This document shows positions 31,251 through 38,691 of a stretch of DNA of 64,000 nucleotides, one piece after another (positions within the stretch are counted from its first letter, which is position 1; every line of letters starts with the position of its first letter). The notes under the pieces were generated by a model, which worked only from the letters and a program-made list of their open reading frames with translations, ran no database searches and had not been told where the DNA came from. The position numbers and the translations under genes are program-made. The stretch comes from Fidelibacterota bacterium. Lineage in GTDB: Bacteria > Fidelibacterota > Marinisomatia > Marinisomatales > Marinisomataceae. The stretch spans positions 79,914 through 143,913 of the forward strand of contig OZ243041.1 in the NCBI GenBank assembly GCA_965212055.1. Reading direction: 5' to 3'.

Positions 31251-31579
31251 TATACATTGACTTTTTTTGCATCAAACCAAATTCGTTCAAGATTGTAATA
31301 TTTTCTTATTTCATCAAAAAAAATATGTACCACAATATCTACATAATCAATTATTACCCAATTTAAATGTTCATATCCCTCAACTCGCCAAGCATTTTCA
31401 TTCACATTGTCTCTAATATTATCCGTAATTGATTTTACTTGAATAGTATTGGATGCAGAACAGATAATAAAATATTTTGATAAAGAAGTCACTTTTGAAA
31501 CATCAAGGGCTAAAATATCTTCAGCTTTTTTTTCTTTTGCACACCCAATAATCTCATTTAGTAATTTTTTTGTAGTCAT
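31250..31579 (-). CDS. rsfS: Ribosomal silencing factor RsfS (iojap family)
   Basis: A 109-aa protein with DYVDIVVHIFFDEIRKYYNLERIW. Confidence 0.85.
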   Translation of the reverse strand: MTTKKLLNEIIGCAKEKKAEDILALDVSKVTSLSKYFIICSASNTIQVKSITDNIRDNVNENAWRVEGYEHLNWVIIDYVDIVVHIFFDEIRKYYNLERIWFDAKKVNV

Positions 31580-32061
31580 TTATTCAAGTTAATAAAATCT
31601 GCGTAGTCCTTTCCAACAATTATTTGAATATCTTCATCAAAATCAAGAGTTGAATTAAACTCTATATTGGAATCACTTATCTTCATTCCAAGGATTGTTA
31701 ATATATTTTCAATATTAGTATTGTTTTCGTTAATAATAATTACCTTTGTACTTTCGTAATCAAATTTGTTCTCACCTTCTTCATCTTTGGCATTTTCAGT
31801 TCTAGTAATGATTAACCCATAGTTATTATTTAAAAAAGAAGAAAATTGATCTCCAACACCACGTTCACCGCAGCCGTTTAATACCGCCACCCTTAATGTG
31901 CGAGATTTTTCGTTTTCGAATAATTTAATTTTAGGATTTTCTGAATTAATTTTAATCTCATTACTAATATTGTTTGTATTAAAATTTTTTGAAATTGACC
32001 AGCCAAACAGCATAATTGTAATAATTAAAAAAGTAATAATAAAATTAAGAAAATATTTCAT
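31576..32061 (-). CDS. LytR_C (cell-envelope-related attenuator C-terminal) domain membrane protein
   Basis: N-terminal TM helix followed by RVAVLNGCGERGVGDQFSSFL...IQIIVGKDY. Confidence 0.7.
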   Translation of the reverse strand: MKYFLNFIITFLIITIMLFGWSISKNFNTNNISNEIKINSENPKIKLFENEKSRTLRVAVLNGCGERGVGDQFSSFLNNNYGLIITRTENAKDEEGENKFDYESTKVIIINENNTNIENILTILGMKISDSNIEFNSTLDFDEDIQIIVGKDYADFINLNK

Positions 32062-32777
32062 TCTTCAAATGATTCTAATTGTTTGATAGTATTAATACCC
32101 ATGATTTCTTTAGGATCATCAATCGTTTTTGTTTTAACAATGCCGTTGTTATTAATCAGTTCTATTACATCTGTTAAATAATATTCCTTCGATTCATTGT
32201 TAGATTTTATTTTTTCTAAGTTTTTGAATAATTCTGAAATTTTAAAAATATAAATTCCTGGATTCATTTCTTTAATGGTTTTTTCTGATATATTACAATC
32301 TTTCTCCTCAATAATTTTGATTAGGTTTCCTGATTGGTCTCTTATAATTCTTCCGTAGCCAGTTGGATTTTCCACTATTGCTGTTATCATTGTAGCATCT
32401 GTATTGTGTTTAATATGTTCATCTACCATTGGTAATAGTGTACTATATTTGATATTTGGGACATCACCATACAAAATTAATAAATGCCCATTCTTGTCAT
32501 ACAGTTTGTTACCTAATTGTAAAACTGCATGTCCAGTGCCAAGTTGTTCTTTTTGTTCTATATATTCTATATTTGGATTATTAATGTGATTAATAACCAA
32601 TTCTTTTTTGAAACCTACTACAGTAAAAATTTTTTCAGGATTTAGTTTATAAGCAGTTTCTAATACATAGTCAATAATTGCTTTGTTCCCGAGAGTATGT
32701 AATACTTTAGGAATGTCTGATTTCATCCTTGTGCCTTTCCCAGCGGCCAGTATTCCGATAAAGAAATTTTTATTCAT
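32058..32777 (-). CDS. GlmU-like N-acetylglucosamine-1-phosphate uridyltransferase domain only (no LbH acetyltransferase domain)
   Basis: GILAAGKGTRMKSDIPKVLH, EQLGTGHAV, LYGDVP and YYLTD align with E. coli GlmU residues about 1-240. The ORF stops at the domain boundary (INTIKQLESFEE). Confidence 0.8.
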   Translation of the reverse strand: MNKNFFIGILAAGKGTRMKSDIPKVLHTLGNKAIIDYVLETAYKLNPEKIFTVVGFKKELVINHINNPNIEYIEQKEQLGTGHAVLQLGNKLYDKNGHLLILYGDVPNIKYSTLLPMVDEHIKHNTDATMITAIVENPTGYGRIIRDQSGNLIKIIEEKDCNISEKTIKEMNPGIYIFKISELFKNLEKIKSNNESKEYYLTDVIELINNNGIVKTKTIDDPKEIMGINTIKQLESFEE

Positions 32778-33882
32778 CTAATGTTTTATTTAAAAAGGGT
32801 ATATCTCTTTTTGAAATAATACCCCCACCAACACAAATATTATTTTTGTCATAAAATACTATTGATTGTCCAGGTGTAATAGCTTTTTGCTTTAATTTAA
32901 ATTTAACTAGATATGAATTTTGATTTAAACAAAAAACTGAACATGTTTTATCATTATCGCGATAACGTACTTTAGCATATAATTGTTTTGGAAAGTGAGT
33001 TGGTTTTTGAGAAATCCAGTTGACATTATTAACAATAATTTTTTTACTAAATAATGCCGGATGATTTCCTCCTTGTGCAACAAATACAATATTTTTTTTA
33101 ATGTCTTTTTTGACAACATACCAGGGTTTATCTGCTGCACTCAATCTCGCACCAATTCCTAATCCTTTGCGTTGTCCAATAGTAAAATAAATATGACCAT
33201 TATGTGTACCTAACACATCTCCATCAATAGAAATAATTTTTCCTTTCTTTATATTGATATATTGCCCAACAAAATCATTATATTTTCTTTCTCCAATAAA
33301 ACATATACCGGTGCTATCTTTTTTATTATGGTTGATTAATCCATTTTTCTTTGCAATTTTTCTTACCTCTTTTTTTTGTATTTCTCCGAGAGGGAATATG
33401 GCATGTTTCAATTCTTTTTGACCTAATTGATACAAGAAATAGCTTTGGTCTTTTGATTGATCTGTAGCTTTTTCTAAATAATTAATAGAATTGATTATCG
33501 TTTTTTTAGCATAATGTCCTGTTGCAATTTTTTTTGCATTTAATTTCTTTGCATATTTTTGAAATACTTCAAATTTAATTTCTTTATTACATAAGACATC
33601 TGGATTGGGAGTAAGTCCTTCAAGATGATCATCTAAAAATTGTTTAAACACTTTATTTTTGTAAGATTTAGTATAATCTATTTTATGTAACGGGATATTT
33701 AATTTTTGAGATACAGACAACGCATCAGCATAATCATCTTCTGCTGAACAGATCGCATGTTTATCATCCCAATTTTTCATGAATACTCCTTCAACATCAT
33801 ATCCATCTCTTTGTAAAAGCAATGCAGCCACTGAGCTATCAACACCTCCACTCATTCCTAATACTATTTTTTCTTTTTTCAT
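32770..33882 (-). CDS. mnmA: tRNA-specific 2-thiouridylase
   Basis: PP-loop LGMSGGVDSSVAA, KDSTGICFIG and KDQSYFL. Confidence 0.95.
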   Translation of the reverse strand: MKKEKIVLGMSGGVDSSVAALLLQRDGYDVEGVFMKNWDDKHAICSAEDDYADALSVSQKLNIPLHKIDYTKSYKNKVFKQFLDDHLEGLTPNPDVLCNKEIKFEVFQKYAKKLNAKKIATGHYAKKTIINSINYLEKATDQSKDQSYFLYQLGQKELKHAIFPLGEIQKKEVRKIAKKNGLINHNKKDSTGICFIGERKYNDFVGQYINIKKGKIISIDGDVLGTHNGHIYFTIGQRKGLGIGARLSAADKPWYVVKKDIKKNIVFVAQGGNHPALFSKKIIVNNVNWISQKPTHFPKQLYAKVRYRDNDKTCSVFCLNQNSYLVKFKLKQKAITPGQSIVFYDKNNICVGGGIISKRDIPFLNKTLDE

Positions 33883-33915
33883 ACTATTTCAGTTCCTATC
33901 TTAAGGAAAAAAAGT

Positions 33916-34821
33916 ATGACTTCAAATCAATCACATCAGACACTAATTGCAGGATCTATCAGTATAGATAAAATTATCAATAAATATGGTACTTATGAGA
34001 ATGTGTTAGGCGGATCTGCCGCCTATGCTTTATTATCTACCCACAAGAAAAAGTGTCAGCTTATTGGAGTCGTTGGAAGCGATTTTCCAGATCAATATTT
34101 AAACTTATTCGATATCCATTCAATTACCCTCGATGATTTAATTGTTGCTGATGGAAAAACATTTACATGGGGCGGAGAGTATACACCAGATTTTTCTAGT
34201 AGAGAAACGCTATATGTTGATCCAGGTATTGCTGAGAGCTGTTTGCCTGTATTGTCTAGTGAATCAAAACAATGTAAATACCTTCTGTTGGGCAATACAT
34301 CACCAAACGTACAGTTGTCTATTTTAGATCAAATAGAATCAAAGCCTTTTATCGTATTAGATACATTTAAATTATATATTGATATTGCGCTAGAAGATTT
34401 AAAAAAGACTATGCAGCGTTCCGATTTATTATGTATTAACTATAATGAAGCATTATATCTATCTAAACTTTCAAATCCTTCACTGGATGATATTGCGAAG
34501 TGTATTCTAGATATGGGTGTTAAAAGTTTAATTATTAAAAGAGGAGAAGAAGGTGCTTCGTTTTTTGATAATCAAGACAATTTTTCTATTGCAGCATATT
34601 ATGTGAATCAAGTAATGGACACAACAGGCGCTGGAGATAGTTTCGCCGGTGGATTGATATCAAGTTTAATGAATGGAGCTGATATTAAAGAAGCTATGGT
34701 AGAAGGGTCAGTAATGGCATCATTTTGTATTGAAAACATTGCACATAGGGGACTTATCTCATTTTCAGAGGAAGAATATACATTAAGAAAAAAATGGCTT
34801 CAATCTAGCCTTACAACTTGA
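33916..34821 (+). CDS. PfkB-family carbohydrate/nucleoside kinase
   Basis: C-terminal signature DTTGAGDSFAGGLIS in a 301-aa protein. Confidence 0.8.
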   Translation: MTSNQSHQTLIAGSISIDKIINKYGTYENVLGGSAAYALLSTHKKKCQLIGVVGSDFPDQYLNLFDIHSITLDDLIVADGKTFTWGGEYTPDFSSRETLYVDPGIAESCLPVLSSESKQCKYLLLGNTSPNVQLSILDQIESKPFIVLDTFKLYIDIALEDLKKTMQRSDLLCINYNEALYLSKLSNPSLDDIAKCILDMGVKSLIIKRGEEGASFFDNQDNFSIAAYYVNQVMDTTGAGDSFAGGLISSLMNGADIKEAMVEGSVMASFCIENIAHRGLISFSEEEYTLRKKWLQSSLTT

Positions 34822-34867
34822 AATCACTATATAATAATACTAACTTGACCAATCGGAGGAATATTAG

Positions 34868-35968
34868 ATGATTAATACAAAAAAACTTTTTCTTTTTACA
34901 ATCATGTTTTCTTTTCTTTTTTCTCAAGGGAAAGATTTGAATTCAGCTAAAGTATATATTAAAGATAAAGACTGGAAACAAGCTGAAATGTTTCTTTTAA
35001 AAGCAGTAGAACATCCAAATGATCAATGGGAAGCTGCTTTTCATTTAGGGGATAAAGTTTATGTTAGAAGTCAAGATTGGGCGAAGGTAAAACAATACCT
35101 AGATCTTGCAGGTACTGCTCCAGAAAAGTTAAAAATTAGGCCAACTAGAAATGATAGTAAAATACCAATACAAACTGCAATTACTGCTTCGTTGACAAAG
35201 AGTTTTAACATTATTTATTTTAAAGCAGCAGGCTATATAGCTCTTATTAATAGAACAGCAGATATTGAACAACAAAATAGGTTTATTGATCAGGCCATTA
35301 TTGCTTCAAAGCAAGCTGAAAATTTAGATCCAACTCAACCTGGAGCATATGCTCTTCTTGCGGTTTATTATTCTTTAAAAAAAGATAAAGAAAATACCAT
35401 TAAATATGCTAATGCATCACTTGCACTCCCAGATACAGCTGATGATATTCGACTACAGCTTCTTGTGAATGCTGGGGATTGTTCAGTCCGTGTCAATGAG
35501 TTAGATATGGCATCTGCCTATCTTGAGCGTGCATTATTAATTGATCCCGATGATGTTAGCGTTTTAAAAAGTGTAGCAACAGTCTATGTTGGGAGAAATG
35601 ATCTAGATAAGGCATTAGATATTTTTATTAGAACGCTTGAACAAACAGAAGATGATCAAGAAAAAGCTGATTTACATTTTAATTTAGGTACTGTTTACCT
35701 CAAACAGGGCAATTCAGGTGAAGCAGAGTATCATTTTGAAGAAGCATTTTATTTAAATCCAGATGATACTGAGGCTATATTTAGACTTGCACGTACTCTA
35801 GAAGAATCAGCACGATGGAGGCCTGCCTTAAACTATTATAAAGATTTAATTGATATGGATCCGAATAATCCAGACTATTACCGAGGAGCATATAGAGCCT
35901 CTTTTAATGATGGAGATCCAATCACCGCTAATGAATATCTTCAGAAAGCTAAACAGTTAGAAAATTAA
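34868..35968 (+). CDS. Secreted tetratricopeptide-repeat protein
   Basis: Signal peptide followed by repeated TPR-like A..Y...A....P blocks. A GGAGGA RBS lies upstream. Confidence 0.7.
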   Translation: MINTKKLFLFTIMFSFLFSQGKDLNSAKVYIKDKDWKQAEMFLLKAVEHPNDQWEAAFHLGDKVYVRSQDWAKVKQYLDLAGTAPEKLKIRPTRNDSKIPIQTAITASLTKSFNIIYFKAAGYIALINRTADIEQQNRFIDQAIIASKQAENLDPTQPGAYALLAVYYSLKKDKENTIKYANASLALPDTADDIRLQLLVNAGDCSVRVNELDMASAYLERALLIDPDDVSVLKSVATVYVGRNDLDKALDIFIRTLEQTEDDQEKADLHFNLGTVYLKQGNSGEAEYHFEEAFYLNPDDTEAIFRLARTLEESARWRPALNYYKDLIDMDPNNPDYYRGAYRASFNDGDPITANEYLQKAKQLEN

Positions 35969-36939
35969 TATATTGACTGTCCAGTATGTTCTCTATAGAA
36001 ATCAAATAAAGCTTCTTCAATAGCCGACCCTAATGCGCCGTATGCTCTTGCTGTATCGCGTGCACGATCATAATTAGCTTCAATTTGAATAACATTGATT
36101 TCCCCAACTGCATACGTACTAGTTGTGTATCCTCCGGTGAAATAAGGATCTGCGCCTGGAGATGCTGTTGTTGTGCTTGGTACAGCATCAAAAGTATACA
36201 CATCACTTCCAGTACCAGCGCTTGAATAGCTGTATGACTTAGTGACAATTAAGCCACCAAAACTTGTAGGTCCTCTTAATACTTCAGAAAAAGTTCCTGC
36301 ACTTAAAGAAGCAATTTGCGAAAGACTACTTTTTTCAGCATATGTTGGAGCATTGATTTGAACATTCCCAAGGCCTAAGTCATTGGAGTCTAATAAATAA
36401 CCAAGCTCTAGTCGTTGAATATCATGACCATGACCATGTAAATCTAATAACACTCCAGAATCAAAATATGTTTCGACAGTATCAATTGCAGTTTGAATAA
36501 ATGTATGATAAGCATTATATGCTTGTTCGGCACCTAAATTCCCTTGCGCTGCTTCCACTATCTCTCGATTGGGATCTAATTTCGTTCTATGCAGATTAGA
36601 AACAATAACATGTGGGAATAATCCACCAGATCGTTGTACAAAGTGATATGCAAAACGTTCTGCAACTTTTTGGGCATTCATATCGCGTGTTGTGACTCCA
36701 GAAGTTCTGTCAGGGATTGATGATGGAGTTAATGTACCATCATGTGCTACAGTAATAATAACAGGAGTATTGCCTGCAAGGTAATCAACATATCCTAATG
36801 TATCTCCATAATGTTGTCCAGGAATGTATGCAACATCAGGAACTATTTCGTCTGGTGTTACTGCTTTATTACCACCACCACAACTAATAATAAAAATAGA
36901 AATTAGAATAATGTTAATATGTAGATGCTTGATTGCCAT
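35965..36939 (-). CDS. N-formylglutamate amidohydrolase (FGase/HutG) family protein with a lipoprotein signal
   Basis: Lipobox FIISC. The motifs PVIITVAHDGTLTP, SNLHRTKLDPNRE, LLDLHGHGH and FTGGYTTSTYAVGEINVIQIEANY match the HutG pattern (PHxG / DxNR / DxHS / GG...vQlE). Confidence 0.65.
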   Translation of the reverse strand: MAIKHLHINIILISIFIISCGGGNKAVTPDEIVPDVAYIPGQHYGDTLGYVDYLAGNTPVIITVAHDGTLTPSSIPDRTSGVTTRDMNAQKVAERFAYHFVQRSGGLFPHVIVSNLHRTKLDPNREIVEAAQGNLGAEQAYNAYHTFIQTAIDTVETYFDSGVLLDLHGHGHDIQRLELGYLLDSNDLGLGNVQINAPTYAEKSSLSQIASLSAGTFSEVLRGPTSFGGLIVTKSYSYSSAGTGSDVYTFDAVPSTTTASPGADPYFTGGYTTSTYAVGEINVIQIEANYDRARDTARAYGALGSAIEEALFDFYREHTGQSIY

Positions 36940-38614
36940 CGCGAGACCCCCTTTGATCTGATCCTGTTATAAATTTACCATTTTTTAATTGAATTCCATG
37001 AGAACGAGCAATACTATATTTCGCTGGTTCAAGAGTATGGTTTAATTCTTTTAATTCTTGTATAGTCTTTTTACTTAAACTTTCTTTTTCATAAAAAATT
37101 TGATCTGGTAACCATTGAGAATGTGTTCTTGGTGTATCAATTGCTTCATCTATCTCTAATCCGTGATCTAATATACTCACCAATATTTGCAAAACAGCTG
37201 TAATGATACGTGCACCACCTGCTGCTCCAACTGTAAGAATTGCTTCATTGTTACTATTTAAAACGATAGTTGGTGTCATGGAACTTAAGGGTCTTTTAAA
37301 AGGTTGAATTGCGTTTGCATCAAACCCAATTAACCCAAATGCATTGCCTACACCAGGTTTTGAAGAGAAATCATCCATTTCATTATTTAATAAAAATCCA
37401 GCACCATCTACAACTTTTTTATTTCCATAACTTAAGTTTAGCGTGGTTGTAATACCAGCGACATTTCCATTTTGATCCATGACAGAATAATGAGTTGTTT
37501 CCATGCTTTCTTTTTCTTCCCATGTTCCATGCGCAATTTCTGAGCTTGGGGTTGCAGTATTCATAGAAATTAAGGTTAATCTTGCTTTAGCATATTCTTT
37601 CGATGTAAGCATTTCAATCGGATTATTCCAAAAATCAGGATCACCTAAATGTGTAGCCCTGTCAGCGTATGCCAACCGTTGTGTTTCTGTTAATAAATGT
37701 ACAAACTCTGTTGAATTTCTTTTCATTGATTTCAAATCAAAATTTTCCAGTGTATTAAGCATTTGTATTACAAGAGCTCCTCCAGAACTTGGTGGCCCCA
37801 TAGAAATAATTGTATGATCTTTATACGTTCCAACTACAGGCGCTCTATATACCGAATCGTAATCTAACAAATCTTGTTTGGTGATTAATCCACCATTTTT
37901 ATTCATTTCTTCTACAATTAAATCTGCTGTTTCTCCTTCATAAAATCCTTTGTTACCAAATTGTGCGATTAACCTGAGAGTTTTTGCCAAATCTTTCTGT
38001 ACTATTACATCTCCATTAGTCCATTCGTTTTCTTTGATAAAAATCTTTTTTGTCCCATCGTCCTTACCAAATTGGTCTCTATAAGCATTAAAACTGTAAG
38101 CAGTAGTTGTATTGACTATAAATCCATTTTCTGCATAATGAATTGCAGGAGCAAGAATTTCTTCTAGAGTAAGTTTTCCAGATCCATAATCATTCAAAAT
38201 TTTTAGTAACCCATTGACTGTCCCTGGAACACCCGATGATTTATGAGACTCTAATGCAATCGCTCTATCATAATCTCCATTTTCATTAAGAAACATTTGT
38301 TGGTATGATAATCGTGGTGCCTTTTCTCTAAAATCTAAGCTAACTGATTTCCCATCTGCTGTGTGTGCAACTAAAAATCCTCCCCCACCAATATTGCCGT
38401 TGGATGGTGAGGTTACTGCTAGGGCAAATCCAGTTGCTACAATGGCATCAAATGCATTTCCCCCTTGTTGAAGAATATCAATGCCAACATCAGATGCAAT
38501 TTTAGATGTAGAGGACACAGCACCATTTGTATTGTCTCTTGATAACTCCCATGCTTGCCAAGTAAATGGAATGCAAAGTAATAGATATATCAAATTTTTA
38601 TAGCTGTTTTTCAT
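36914..38614 (-). CDS. ggt: Gamma-glutamyltranspeptidase, secreted
   Basis: Signal peptide, GNAFDA, GGGGFLV and the autoprocessing/nucleophile region PLSSMTPTIV, in a 566-aa protein. Confidence 0.92.
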   Translation of the reverse strand: MKNSYKNLIYLLLCIPFTWQAWELSRDNTNGAVSSTSKIASDVGIDILQQGGNAFDAIVATGFALAVTSPSNGNIGGGGFLVAHTADGKSVSLDFREKAPRLSYQQMFLNENGDYDRAIALESHKSSGVPGTVNGLLKILNDYGSGKLTLEEILAPAIHYAENGFIVNTTTAYSFNAYRDQFGKDDGTKKIFIKENEWTNGDVIVQKDLAKTLRLIAQFGNKGFYEGETADLIVEEMNKNGGLITKQDLLDYDSVYRAPVVGTYKDHTIISMGPPSSGGALVIQMLNTLENFDLKSMKRNSTEFVHLLTETQRLAYADRATHLGDPDFWNNPIEMLTSKEYAKARLTLISMNTATPSSEIAHGTWEEKESMETTHYSVMDQNGNVAGITTTLNLSYGNKKVVDGAGFLLNNEMDDFSSKPGVGNAFGLIGFDANAIQPFKRPLSSMTPTIVLNSNNEAILTVGAAGGARIITAVLQILVSILDHGLEIDEAIDTPRTHSQWLPDQIFYEKESLSKKTIQELKELNHTLEPAKYSIARSHGIQLKNGKFITGSDQRGSRDGNQASTY

Positions 38615-38630
38615 TGTTAGATATTTGAAG

Positions 38631-38659
38631 ATAATAAAAAGCCCCTGAAAAACAGAGGC
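38631..38659 (-). terminator. Rho-independent terminator after the TonB-dependent receptor gene
   Basis: On the minus strand, GCCTCTG-TTTTT-CAGGGGC (38641-38659) is followed by TTTTTATTAT (38631-38640). Confidence 0.6.
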
Positions 38660-38691
38660 CTTTTATTATTTTAATTCCTAAACGTTAGAGC

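Noticed and set aside
31576-32777. glmU truncated by a frameshift, which would make it a pseudogene.
   Set aside because: The ORF ends cleanly at the domain boundary and overlaps the start of an intact, unrelated LytR_C gene by 4 nt. None of the tracked ORFs in that stretch is hexapeptide-repeat-like. I interpret it as a genuine single-domain gene.
32925-33140. A 71-aa ORF on the same strand as mnmA but in another frame.
   Set aside because: It is nested within the conserved mnmA coding sequence and has no independent start signals or motifs.
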